A stretch of 64,000 nt of DNA, from the NCBI GenBank assembly GCA_964304625.1, contig OZ199838.1, forward strand, positions 5,468,178 through 5,532,177. The letters run 5' to 3'. Below, one piece after another: positions 26,001-39,422 of this stretch. Below the pieces are notes generated by a model, which saw only the letters and a program-made list of their open reading frames with translations, ran no database searches and was not told where the DNA came from. The translations under genes were made by a program, and so were the position numbers. Position 1 is the stretch's first letter, and each line of letters begins with the position of its first letter. This DNA is from Kudoa neothunni (lineage: Eukaryota > Animalia > Cnidaria).

Positions 26001-27311
26001 AGTTGGATGATGGCGACGGTGAGATTGTGTTCTACAGAGCATACATTTTGGCAAAATTGGGTCAAACTGATGATGCTTTTGATGATGTTCAATCAGCGCT
26101 TAATCTTCTTAGAGATGATCCTAGGCCGTACCAACTCAAAGCTCTACTGCATTCCTGCGAGAAACAATACGTCAAAGCTTTGAATATTGTAAACACTGCA
26201 TTTTCCCTCTTTCCTACCAACACAAATTTGCTCTACCTTAAAATCAAACTCCTAAAATACAACCGCCAAGCTACTACTTTCAAAAATACATTGATTGAAT
26301 TTAACGAGTTGATTCGATACGCTGACCGTTATATTTCCCGCTGTAAAGTAGAAACTCAATCAATTCTTGTTCCGAACGCCTTTATTTCAAGTAGTTTCAT
26401 TCCTCATCCAAATAACATTGATGAAAAACCCTCGGTGAGTTTGGGTTATACCCATATGTTTTCCGATGTTAGTTTTCAATTATAATTAATTTGTGCGCTG
26501 TTTAGATGAACAATATTTCCTCATCTTTCAACAAAATAAAATTTGATTCTGTCAACAAAAATATTTTTCGTCAAACCGTTTCTTCGACCACAAAAATCTT
26601 CAAAGATCGCCTCAAATGCGAATACATCGACGATAATAAATATAATGTGGATTCAGTTTCCACGGAAAGTATTCTTGATATTCAATTCAACCTTCATTTT
26701 GCAATGTGGGAGTCCGCTTATGAATTGCACTCCATTGCATCTTCCGAACTATTCAATCAAATCGTCGCATTGTTTCCTAATCGACCTGAAACAATTTACA
26801 TGCAAGTGAGTCGTTAATTATTGTGATGTTTTATATTATGCATGACTATTATAGGAACTGGTCAATTTTAAAAATCAATCTAATGATTGCTATTGTGCTA
26901 CTGAACAATTTCTGCAGTATCTCACCCTCTATCCTAGGCATCCTAGATTAGTGTATTTATATTTGAAAATTTTGGATAAACAACTTCATCACCTTGATCA
27001 CGATAACCACCATTCAATTGAAATGCCCTCGTTGAAAAAAGGTTTTCACACCCGTAGAGTTATTTCATTTTAATTTTTAATTTTATGGATTAGCCGAATT
27101 ACTCAACTCATTGGAATACTATGCTAAGGTTATTGTTGAGGTCGATGGGTTCAATTATAAATCGTGGAAAATCTTCGGTGAAACGCTCTACAAACTAAAA
27201 AGATTCGATGAAGCGACCAACGCTCTCTCTACCGCAATCGAAATCGAAACTATCCAACCTATCGTCTCATTCGACACCGTCCCCCTATTGTTTTGTCCTT
27301 CAGATTATTAA
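23013..27311 (+). CDS. TTC7: TPR protein TTC7/Ypp1-like (PI4KA complex scaffold), multi-exon
   Basis: TPR-like exons (GEIVFYRAYILAKLG..DPRPYQLKALLHSCEKQY..FPTN); C-terminus WKIFGETLYKL..ALSTAIEIETIQPIVSFDTVP resembles the TTC7 end; start codon uncertain. Confidence 0.8.
24518..25403. mobile_element. piggyBac MITE inside a TTC7 intron
   Basis: TTAA on both sides; TIR CCCTCGAATACC/GGTGTTCTAGGG; subterminal GGTGGCCA/TGGCCACC; no ORF. Confidence 0.85.
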
Positions 27312-27524
27312 ATCGGGTTATCAAGTGGTGTATAATAGTAGTAATTTTTATATTTTTTATTAATTTTAATTATTAGCTTTTCATTACAAAAATTGTTTTT
27401 CTGTTTTCTTAACAGCGCTTTACGTTATCCCAAAATTAATTATAGCAGCTTAGATAGACTTTTAAGTTTAAACTAAATACATTAGGCAGGAGGTTATAAT
27501 TTGAAGTGGGTGGGTTTATGTTAG

Positions 27525-30380
27525 CCCCTTCACGACTTAGTTTTTTATCGAAGAAAAAAAATATAATTTAAGTAACTAATTTTAACTTAAAAATGATATT
27601 TATTTTATTAAAACACCTTTTAAAATTTCATTCAAATGGGTATTAAATATTGTTCCCTATGCCAGACATACGGAATTAATTGGTCGAAATTTTTGCGCAT
27701 GATAAAAATCGAAAGAAATTGCATAATGAACAAAAAATAACTTAGTTATTGTGATAAATGTAGAAACAATTTTTACCGTTCACACTACAGCATGAAACGT
27801 TACATTTCAGGCATACTACGTACTACTTGGGGTTTTTTCCGCAAATCTCGCATCTTCTTAGAAATGAGGTTACCTCAGGGAAGTGAGCTGTATTATCAAA
27901 TCTTATTTGATCGGATACTGAAATATATTTGTTTCGTGGTAATCTTATGATTTTTTGGTATTTTTTGGAATGGGATCAATATTTGGGCGGCCTCGTTTAC
28001 GAGTTTGTATGGATAATTTATTTCTATACATCAGACTCACAAATTAAGTATGTAAATGATAGCAGATCAAGAGTTTCAGTCTTTGTGATATTACTTATTT
28101 TGCATTGTCTTCTACATAGTAAACATGCATTGGTTATAGCTGTATCGATATCCCAAAAAAAAATTCGCATGTAAGATTTTCTGCATTTGTAACTCAATCA
28201 GTAAAAGAACATTAACATGCCAGACAGGTCCACATCTCCCATATTCTTGTTGTATTCTGATACGACAGACAGTTGGGAAACTTACTTTAACTTGCTTCTT
28301 TTGGCTCCTATCAAATATAAACAAAGCCGTTAAACGTTCAATAGCAGAATGAGCTGATGATACCGTCACGACTGAACAATTGTACGATCGAGTCTGTTGG
28401 ATTATCTAGGACCGGCTACCGCTCCACTTTCGGAGCATAATATTAGGAGAATGAAATCTCCAATATGTCACCCGCTAGTGCGACTTCCACATGTATAGCT
28501 TTACATTATTATTTTAGTCGCGTGGTAGTTTAGTAGAACGTGTTTCTATGGCCGCATTTAATTTAACAGAATCAACATTAAACTTTCATTTGTGTTTTGG
28601 AAAACGCCAAAAACACCACGCTCTTTCTTCATTAACTCCTTTTTTGAAAGTGAAGGCCATCCTTTAATTCGATTACTCCGGATGGTTCCCACATAATAAA
28701 TTCCACTTTTTCAATATTAATTACATCTGAGATGACATAAACCAATTATCAAAGGAAACAAGAAAAGTTATGTTTCTAGGAAGACTTTCACATAACATAA
28801 GCCACAACTTTCAGAAACCTTATGAGGTTTCCCGTCATAAAAACAAACGGTATAAACCGTTCCACTTCTTCCACAAATACAAAAACTTGAAACCTCCATT
28901 TTGTAGGTTTATTGGAGGTACAGTTGAACCTGGATATTGCGTAACTTCACAAGTTCTTTGAAATATAAGGGATATTTTAATTTTTTACTTAAACTTTTCT
29001 TTCATATTATTTTAATTGATGTTACCAGAGTAAACAAAGATAAAAATGTTTTACTAAAGAAGTATAAATTTAAGTTAATGTGCTAAAATTAAAATCTCGC
29101 TATTGCGTAACATTTTGTTCAGTTTAATCTCCAATTAATCTTGTTTTTAATTCAGCGAAACAAAAATGGTAAGGAATCAGCGAACAGTGGCTAAAAAAAT
29201 TGAAATAATCGAATACTATTATTCAATTAAATCATTTAAAGGAGAAAAATGAATGACTTTTAAATTTCCCAAGTCATCTAATAATATAAAATTATCTAAT
29301 CCCAATATGTTATATTTTCAAGGCATTCTACTATTAATAGAATTTTCGCTTCTCAAAATGATATTATTAATTCTATTATTTCGACCTCAAAAAAAGAATA
29401 CAAGAAGAGAAATACACGGAATTAGTTAATTTATTCTATACGTGAATAACTAAAATGCGAAATGAAAAAAAGATGGTTCCTGCTTACTTAATTGTTGAAA
29501 AGACGAACAGTATAGCGAAATCCATAGGTGTTGACAAATTTACCGGTAGTAACGGTCGGTTCGTAGACTTTAAAAATAGATTTAGAATTATTTTAAAAAA
29601 AATTCATGATGAAACCAACAATGTGAATAATCAAGCTATTATGGATTTTTTGGTAAAATTCCCAAAAATGTCACTACGATACGAAGAGTGCAACTTAATA
29701 AATGTGGATAATTCAAATTTAATTAAGTATATCATTTTGGTTTTATTAAAACTTTAAATCAAGCATAGGGAAACGTATCATCGATTATAATTCAAAACTG
29801 ATTTAAAAATCTAGACTTTTTGAACATTGTACCTTGATATTACAATATACCAAATTAAAGATTAATTATTAGATAATCAAAACTTATCTCAAGATTCTCT
29901 TGAAAATAATGGCGAAAATTTCTTCACATTATTTAATTATTTATCAATTTTAATTTTTAGATAAAAATATGAGGAATCAATCGCTTTACCTGAAGCGTAT
30001 GAAGTTGATATATTTCAAGAAAACTCCGATCCAACTTTTGTAAATGATGATGCGCTTGTGCCAACTGCGGAACTCAAGCAATCAATTAATTTAACCAGAA
30101 AACTCAACAGAATTATTTTCAAGACACGAAGTTATGGAGTTCATATCTGAAATAATCAAAAAATGATGCAAAAAATTGAAATTACCGGTTATTTTAAATC
30201 CCTAAAAATATTTGTTTTTCGTACATAACGCGTCTGCGCTTGCGCAAATACCTTGTATTGCGTAATTTTTCGGAAATGGGGGAAAATTACGCAATATCCA
30301 GTTTCGTGTGTGCGTGTGCACAACACTGTAAAATACGATTTTCTTGTGTTTACGTTTGATGATTATTCCGACAAACCAAT
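27525..30380 (-). mobile_element. Decayed piggyBac (PGBD3-like) interrupted by a pogo element
   Basis: End CCCCTTCACGAC..TTTTTTT similar to 55663; minus-strand remnants EYNKNMGDVDL, FDRSQKKQV, NKPTKW; the 5' boundary is uncertain. Confidence 0.7.
28921..30328 (+). mobile_element. pogo/Tigger element, decayed
   Basis: TA-CAGTTGAACCTGGATATTGCGTAA ... TTACGCAATATCCAGTTTC[insert]ACTG-TA; CENP-B-type HTH remnant FTGSNGRFVDFKNRF (29455-29757). Confidence 0.82.
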
Positions 30381-30711
30381 TTTATTAAAACACAGGTAAC
30401 ATAGAGTCCAATCAAGGAAGAGTTATTAAATTTTGTCAAAAAATCTTGTGATTGTTGTGTGTCGAAATCTTTTTATTGATATTTTTTAAATTCTGTCCGT
30501 TATGGGATATAGATCAAACAATCCAGATGGAGCCTCTTGAATTAAAACTTTCATTAAAATGTTAACTATATTTTTTCTTTATTTGATTAGAATTTTGACT
30601 TCTTTAATAATTGGTTCGATACCATCAGACTGACCATGTGGGGCAATAAGTCCGCATGATTTTGATTCTCACATGTTGCACCATTATCATCGTCAAATAT
30701 ATTTCCGTAAA

Positions 30712-33700
30712 GGCAGTGGCTATTGACACGCTAATGAATTTCTCCAAACTCTTGAATTATTTGTATCTCTGCTATTCATTAATTTTTTAATCATAATTAT
30801 TCCTAAATAATTTTTAAATTTCCTGTTAAATACTCATCGTTGAATTTTCCACATGTAAATGCTGACGTAATCAAGGAATATTGGACCGTTAAAGCATATA
30901 TAAAGTTAGATAATGTTAACTATAGAAGTTATAATGCTTGAAGATGAAATTTATTTCAAATTTTCAAGGTTGGTTATTATCATAATGAAAAGGTAAGCGG
31001 TGTTTAGGCATCAAGACCTCATGGCTTAAAATCACTGATGTCTGCAAAATTAATTAGTAATACAAACATATAACCCAATATTTAATTTCGTTTATATATC
31101 AAATAATTTATTCTGTTTAATATTTATTAAGTCGTATCTAACAACTCATGACACTTCATATTGTTAGTTTTTTCCAAATATAATTCATTAACTATCGGGT
31201 CGAATGTAAATTACTTAGCTGAAAAGAAATATTTAAGTTTTACACAGATAACTCCTGCGCAAACAAGTGCGATGGAGGATAACATAGGAACTGATATTTT
31301 TGAAGTGGGTAAAAAGTTTACCTCATTTAAGCATCTTGGAGATTCCATAAAATTATACGAACAGAAGACTTACAGCAACCTAATGACGCGAGATTCCAAA
31401 AAAATTAGCAATATCAAGCGAATTCTCATTAAAGCGTTCAATGAGGATTTAATCTATTATTCAATAAAATATGTATGCTATTTTAGCAATCAGTATCGAT
31501 ACCGATCAAAAGGTATAAGACAATGTCAGACTTTAAAAGGAAACTGTCCGGTTCATGTATCCTTGAGTATTAGTCCCGATGGACAAACACTTAAAGTGAA
31601 ATCCTTGAATTTGGATCATAATCACGAAAGAAATGAAATTTTTTTCAGTTATTTGCCACCGCAGCGTAAATTGGATAAGAATAAAGATTTAATATCAGAG
31701 TTAGTTTCTTTGGGAGTCAACAAAAAATTGCTGCAATCTAAAATCCAACAAGAGACCGGGAAAAAAATTACATTGAAATCAATACACAATTCCAAAATAA
31801 ATATGTCGAATAAAATAAATGATATCAACTATATTCATCAATTGTTCAACGTTGATTATAATTGTGATGTGAGAATATTGGCTGACGAAAACAATCAAGT
31901 TAATGCAATATTACTCCTGGATGATGAAATGAAGAAGGTTTTTTCTTTTTTCCCAGAGCTACTTTTAGTTGATGCAACCTACAAACTACTAGATTCACGG
32001 TAATTTTTACGAATGTTATCTTGTTTTATTTGACCTATTTTTATTAATGTTTATCTCCTTAAATTGTAGTGCTCCCCTGTATCTAACGGGTTCAGAAGAT
32101 TCTATGGGTTTATCTCATGTAAGTAGTGCCTGCATTATGTATGAGGAAACTGAAGCTGTTACCAACTGGTATATCGATGAACTAATATCAATTGTACCGT
32201 GGATAAAACAATCAGTACTGTCCATTGTTACTGATAAGGATTTAAAACTTCGTAAAGCTCTGAAAAATCATTTTACTAATTCTATATTAATTCTCTGTAA
32301 ATTTCATGTAATACAGACGTTCCAGCGACAATTGAGACTTGCTAAATATAAGATAAAAAATGAAGTCAAAGATAATATTTTAGATATTATTAGAAAAATG
32401 ATGTTTTCGAAAAACGAAGAGCAATACCAAATCTTACTTGCTGAACTATACAATCACAAATATGAAGACTTCAACGATTATTTCAGAAAAAATTGGGACC
32501 CAATTCGGTCACAATGGATAATTTCTTTGAGTGATGCGAGACACTATTACGACAACCTAACAAACAATAGATTGGCATGCCTCAACTCCAAATTAAAGAC
32601 CGCCATTAAAAAATTTTTCACCGTTTTAAATTCTCTAAGGACAGAAAGGACATACCATATTGTGACAGAACTGCCAAAATCGACGCATTTAAATATTGAG
32701 AGTGAGGTAGAAAGAAATTACTGCGATCTTTTGACATCATTTTCTTTTAAACTAATAACCAAAGAAATTAAAAAAATGGGAGATAAATTTAATGTTGGAA
32801 TAGAGTATGACTCCACTTCAAATTCTTGTACGTGCCCCTTCTATCGTTCTTACCAATTGCCCTGCCAACACATATTCGCTCTGACTTAAATTATTGATGC
32901 CCCTGTTCGAACCCCAACTGTGTCATTTAAGATGGAGAAAAGATCATATTTCAAAATTTATTAAAGAAAATACTAAAATAAATACAGTAAAAAACAATTT
33001 AACAGGGTCTATAGTAAAAAAGAAGAATTCGGAAAACCTCTCAACTTTTTCCAAGCGAATGAAAACCGCTAATGTGTATACAGACAAATTAGCAACAATT
33101 GCTGCGGAATATTGTGGTGAATATTTCAACTGCTGTGTGGAATATTTTCGAATCTCAGAAAGAATAATTAAAATCCATAACCTAGTCGGTTTAAAGAAAT
33201 TAATAAGTATACATTATTATCTACTAACATAATGATTATTTTTAGAGTCAGCAAAGATTCTTGATTCATCCACAGAATGCAATGTAGATACGGATATAGT
33301 CGAGTCACCATCCCCTTGTAAGAGTGATAACTCTTTAAACCTATTTACAGATGTTAATTATACTAAATTAGGTGAGAATGCAAATGTCATAAAGGGCTTG
33401 TCTGAAAGTAACCACCAGCCCGAAACATGTGTAGTCTCCATATCACCAATTAAACTAAAGGAAACTCCCGAATCATCGCAGCCCCAAAATGACTCAACTG
33501 GTGACAAGTCTACAGGATGTTTGGGAATAAAAGGTTTGCATCTTCTTTTATTGTATATAATTATTATTTAGATCTTATATTGCCCAAAAAAGTAAAAGAA
33601 GTTGGGAGACCCAGAGGATACGGATTAACCGCTCTTAAATGGTCAAGAAAACGATCTAAAAATTGAAAATTTATCAAAATAAATAAAACAATATAATCAA

Positions 33701-34068
33701 ATTCAGATTATCTATTCTATAATGATTATGTTGATTTACATATCAAAGCTTACTCTATTCGCAAACCAATTACATGATATTATCAACTAAAACTTCTCTT
33801 CTGTAGTTAAAAGGAACTTATTTTATTTCAAAAAAAGTTAATATTATCTCACTTAAATGTTTAAATGCGCCTTGGAAGCTTATATAGTCGCATTAAGGAT
33901 GGAAAATACCAAAATCTACGCTCATAGGTATAATATTAATATTCAATATTTTTTATCATAAGTTTCAAATCTTGTATGAAAAGATGTACTAATTAATACT
34001 AGAAATTAACTAATGTAAAATATCTAATGATTGCCGAGAAATTCATTAGCGTGTCAATAGCCACTGCC
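30712..34068 (+). mobile_element. Mutator-like element (MULE)
   Basis: Perfect 33-bp TIR GGCAGTGGCTATTGACACGCTAATGAATTTCTC and perfect 9-bp TSD TTCCGTAAA. Confidence 0.96.
31272..33666 (+). pseudogene. Intron-containing MULE transposase (FAR1/ZSWIM3-like, SWIM finger), disrupted
   Basis: N-terminal C..C..HNH domain, LLVDATYK, intron 32000-32069, IVTDKD, LCKFHV, SWIM CTC..LPCQH; stop/frameshift at ~32889; last exon GRPRG..RKRSKN*. Confidence 0.85.
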
Positions 34069-35820
34069 TTCCGTAAACTTAGAATTCATTTAAAAAAATT
34101 AATTATGTTTACATAAAATATTACGTTGTGAACTGTTTCTGACTTGGGCTATCTTTCTTAAATCTTCTTGTTCTACAAACTGATATAACTTTTTTGTTAC
34201 AGATTCATATATTAATACCAAGAATTTTTGATTTTTAACACAAGAAAATATAATTTCTGGTGTGATACTCTCCGAAAGTTAAATAATGGCGTGATTGAGT
34301 TTAATAATGTTTATTTTTCAATGATAAAAGCTTCACATAAAACCGTGTGCTACGTCATTGTATTCCTGCCCTATTTTTAATGCGTTTGATGATACTTAAA
34401 TTAAGGTTTGTAGAATATTAGTTGTTATTTTGGTAGGAAAAAATGTCGATTTAAAAAAATCAATATTTTGGGATGAAGAAGATATTTATCCAACAAAATT
34501 AAAACATTTCTGTTCTTATCTATCATTCTTTGGTTTAACTTTCTAATTATGTTTATAAATATGCTACATATTATCCATGTGTTTTTTGAATAATATTCAC
34601 GCGGTAGATGTTCAACTGAGTTGAAACGTCTAGGATTCTGAAATTTACCAGTAGAAACTGATAGAAGTTTACCCTTATTTAAAAAATAGTGACAGTGAAA
34701 CATTCACCCTTTTCGGATATTTTTCACCTTATATTCCGACTTCATCCTTTAAAACGTAACTAATTTTTTATAACTGCTCATATAAGAAGGGCAATTTCAT
34801 CAATGTTTATAACGTCTTTAGGACTATATGCCTTAATCAAATTAGTGTTTTCAACAGTCCATGAGTCAACAGATGGAATATCTGTCTTCGCAGCCTCACC
34901 ATGAAACATTTTGAAAGCTATCCCATATTTTGACATGGACTCTGAAAACCATCCCTCACCAGACTTTAAATTGGAAATTTCTTTGTTTATTGCAATATAT
35001 AAAACAATTTAGATAATAACACATCTCAGCAGGACGTTATCATTCGACCATTGTTTAACGATCTAATCATACATACAACTCATCATCTATATTTTTAATT
35101 TTCCCCAAAAATGTTTCCTTCTTTTAGTCCCCATATCCGTATTGTTGAATTTATCTTCGTGTGAACGAATTGTATCAATTTTTAAATGACCTTAACGTGA
35201 CAATGTATTAATATTCAACGTAGATCATCATATCATTCAATTTAAACTTAGAAATTGTCATCTTTTCGATGACTTTCAATATTTTTATCGAATTATAACA
35301 ATCAATGGCTCCTCTTTTCTCTTATTTATTACGTTTTTAACGGGACATAATGAAGAAAATACTTCTATTTTTAAATAGACGGGTTAATAAAACCACGCAA
35401 TAACGAGACGTTATATATAAATAAAAAAATTTATTTTTTATGTTAACAATGTTTACAAAATGATAAAATAATAACAAAAACAAAAGACTAGATTTCTCTC
35501 TAAAAAGAATAACGTCGAAATTTTGGAATTACGCAATATACAATCTCGACTGTATTTCATTGTGTTTCTGGGGAAATACTATTCATCTTTGGTAATATAT
35601 AACAATAACCTCATTAATGAATAATAATGCATTCAAAACTAATAAAGAATAATGATTAAATATAATTTGTATGAAATAATAATTTTAGAGTTAGCTTTTG
35701 AATACGAAAGGCATAACCGTGCACAACTCGCTCACAAACCTGCGCAAATCACCAAATCTAGACCACGTTTACCAGTTGAACTGTCTACCTAACGGAAATA
35801 CATTCGATACCAGGTGTTTA

Positions 35821-36808
35821 ATGTTGTATCTTGTTGGTGCTGGTCTTGGTTCGATTGAAGATTTGACGCTTAAAGGCTGTGAAGCCATTAAAAAGTGCGA
35901 CCATGTGTATTTGGAAAGCTATACATCGATAATGTCAGCTGGGATTGATGAATACGTAATTGATTCATTAAGAAGATTTCAGTTAGTGTTCTTGTAGAGT
36001 GGGTACTTTGGAAAAGAGATTAAATTGGCTGACAGAGAACTTATCGAAGAAAAAGCCCGTATATAACTTATTGATGGATGAGGATGAACTTAATTTATCA
36101 TTGTCTAGAAACACTTATCGATCAAGCTCAATCGTCAAATGTTGCAGTTATTGTGATTGGGGATCCACTCAGCGCTACCACTCACTCAGATCTTCTTCAA
36201 CGCTGTGTCCAAAATGGAATATGTTACTCAATTGTACATAACACCAGTATAATGGTAGCGGTTGCTGAGTGTGGTTTACAGTTGTACAAATTCGGTGAAA
36301 CAGTTTCTATTGTTGCTTGGAATGAGACCTGGAAACCTGACAGTTTCTATGACAAAATTTACGATAACTATATCCAACACCTGCACACATTATGTTTGTT
36401 GGATATAAAATTGAATGAGAGAAATATTGAAAAGATGATGAATCGAATTAAAGAATACGATCCTCCTTTCTTTTTGACTGCTCAAAGGGCCTGTGAAATT
36501 CTTTTGGAAATATCATCAAATCGATCCATGTTGAAGGATGATGCTTCAGAGGCTGATTCATCTGTTAGAAAACGTGTGTTTTATTAACGTTGCTATTGTA
36601 TTAATGGTTTTTAGTGTTACCTTCGAATTTACAATGTTTGGTGATGTGTAGAATTGGTTGGCCTGATCAATGTATGTATCAAAGCACCATTGAAGAGTTG
36701 GCTGTGAACACCACCCTCAATGATATTTGCCCTCAAACTCTTATCATACCTTCGAGTCCTGCTCAGTATGAGAGCGAATTTGTGAATACCTTTTGCAAAC
36801 GTTTATAA
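35821..36808 (+). CDS. DPH5: Diphthine methyl ester synthase (DPH5), 4 exons
   Basis: MLYLVGAGLG..DLTLKG..VYLESYTS, LADRELIE, IGDPLSATTHSDL, GLQLYKFGETVSI, HTLCLLDIK; three short GT-AG introns. Confidence 0.96.
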
Positions 36809-36966
36809 TATATCAAAATTTGATGTAGTGTATTAGAACTATTCACTTATTATGTTAGTTGCATATTGTTTGCTCTATTTGGAATTCATTCCTCCATCAT
36901 TTTGTTATTATTGTAAAAACTAGCATAAATTTGGATAGATAAATAAGGTTTTATGATGCCAGATGG

Positions 36967-37208
36967 ATGGTACTTCTCTCTGTCTATTTAACTCTGAGTC
37001 TACTTCCAGCGTCAGGCGTTCCTGTTCCCCAAAGGAACTGTGGTTAGAGTATTCACTAATTACTATTATGCATCATTCATCAGCAATTACAATTGTGTCC
37101 AATCGGGAGGGTCGGATTAAACGATTGGATTGTTGGGATATAACAGTTTGTAAACAACGAGATTACACGCTACAAACAACCAACGTCATTGAACCTAAAG
37201 GGACAGAA
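36967..37208 (+). pseudogene. Candidate small secreted protein gene, truncated by a hAT MITE
   Basis: MVLLSVYLTLSLLPASG signal-peptide-like start; a GT-AG intron joins in frame to AITIVSNREGRIKRLDCWDITVCKQ; the frame runs into a hAT TIR at 37209. Confidence 0.4.
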
Positions 37209-38401
37209 CAGTGGTGCTTAACCTTTTTTGCTTTCAGAACCCTAATGTATTCGATGAACTTATAACGGACCTCACCCTGTTCTAGTGCATAATCCAATCA
37301 TACATATAAATAATTCAATCCTTTCATTCCCATTATTTATTATTCACGTTAGAGGGAAGATTAAAAAAGATTTTAAATTATTAATTAACAAAGTAAAATT
37401 CAACTTTTTATATAATATTAATATAAAAAATTCTCGATGCAAAATATAAATTTGGGAACGAAAGATTTAACTTGGATTAATTATTTAATATCCCCAATTT
37501 TATTGATGTATTTATTATTTAAATTAAAAATATAGTGGTTTTGTTTTTAAATATATATTAAAAGTATTTAATCACCAAGACAAGAATTATTTTTGGAAAT
37601 AAAACAAAATATTAACAATTGTGAAATCTTTCCCAGTAATTATTTTATGAATTATTAAAATTCTAACCAGGTATAGAGAATGTCCTATAATGTTTTAAAT
37701 AAAAAATTCAAAGTAATTTGTTGAATTATTACATACACATGTGTAAATTTTTAAAAGTAAAATCCATAAAAAATTTCTAAATGAAAAAAGGTCTTATAAT
37801 GATCGAAATATTTTTGCCATATAAAATCTCTAATTTGTTAATTATTGAGTTAACTAAAATAAAGGATTAACAAGGGGGGGGGGGATGATTATATAATATA
37901 ATGCGGGGTTAATGCAAAAAACCAATTTTTCGTACAAATAATAGACATTAAAAATATTGGATGAGATTTTGGCAGTTGCTTATTATCAATAAGTTCATAG
38001 AATTCTGACAGAGTATTCGAAAGAGCAACAAGCATATAAACGATTTCGTGACTTTTTTTATGGAAATCTAGTTTCGCAATAATAAGATGTTGTAAAAGTA
38101 GTAATTATTATAATTTCATAATCTGCAACATTAAGAAATGTTTTTTGGAACTTTTTAATTTTTATCAAGAAGCCTACTTACTAACTTTATTTGATTATAT
38201 TTCTTTACAGAATAAATTATAACCCAAGGGAATTTTGTAACAAATATAAAATGTTCATAAGAAATAATAAGGAAAGGATATATTTTAAATTTCAATAATT
38301 ACGCTAATGTTAAACACTACTTAATTATAATGAATGTATGCTGTTAATATCGCATTCGGATTTCAATGAAACACTAACGGACCTCAGGTAAAGAATCGTT
38401 G
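37209..38401. mobile_element. hAT MITE (degenerate)
   Basis: CAGTGGTGCTTAACCT left end, degenerate right end AGGTAAAGAATCGTTG, imperfect 8-bp TSD GGACAGAA/GGATAATA. Confidence 0.55.
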
Positions 38402-38586
38402 GGATAATAATCACCACGAGATGACATTTTTAGAGGGCTAAGTTTTCAACTCCTCACATGATGATATGCAAAAATTAGTTATATGAGGCTCGCTATGGCA
38501 TTTGAAACGTTTATGGCGCCTCAAATCAAACTCGGTAGGACTCTATAGCCGAATAATCAGTGATCCAAGGGTTTTATCTTATAAAC

Positions 38587-39190
38587 CAGCGGTTCTCAAA
38601 GTCGGCTCCATGAAACAAGGGCAGAAGTTCCTCAAAGCTACAGTGAAAATCAACATTTAATCATAACATAAGAAATCAATACCGATCTTATTTTACGATT
38701 TTAGTGAATTTTCACTGCTGGCTAAAGTTGACAACATTGGTGATAGCTGGCTTTATTCGTTTAGTTACATACCAACGCACCTGCAGGAAGATGCGTTGTT
38801 TTGCTGTTAACATCAATATTACTTCTATTCAACAAGTTATTTTGGTTATTTTCAAAGTGCTACAATTGGTCGATGGTTGAAAAGAAGAAATAAAACATCA
38901 TCTAAAGGAGATACAGAAATCGGCCAACTTACAAATGAACAATCTACAAGCATTAGTTCCAAAACACGGAATATTTTCCGATATACAATGTTATTGATTA
39001 TGTTCGTTATTACATGTATTTGTTTTTCCAATTTCGACAAATGTGTTACTAATGAAATATTTTTTTTATAATAAGTATTGGCCCATTAAGGTTTGTTGAA
39101 ATAACCTTAACGGGTTAAACTAGATGTGGTTTCCATTATATCACAGACAATGTCTACGGGATCCTTTGCAAAAACGTTTAAGAACCACTG
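38587..39190. mobile_element. hAT MITE
   Basis: CAGCGGTTCTCAAA / TTTAAGAACCACTG TIRs and a perfect 8-bp TSD TTATAAAC. Confidence 0.88.
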
Positions 39191-39422
39191 TTATAAACAA
39201 CAAAAGTCAAATAAACAACGATAGCGTCGTATTTATATCCAGAATCAACGCAAAAACACACAATAAGAAGAAATCGAAACACATATGACATCAGGTATAA
39301 AAAATAAGAAATTATAAAAATTATAAAATTTTATTCCAGGGGATCAGAGTTGGATAATATGGCACATCAGTATCGTCAGTTTGAGCTAAGGCCTTGGAGC
39401 CATCAAGTAGTGGCCTAAGGAT

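Larger units (their letters stand above)
30400..35552 (-). mobile_element. pogo/Tigger element, decayed, interrupted by a MULE
   Basis: TIR CAGTCGAGATTGTATATTGCGTAA at 35552; DDE_1 remnants (GKFQNPRRF, VLILLD, FFLPK, HGEAAK); the left boundary is approximate. Confidence 0.7.
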
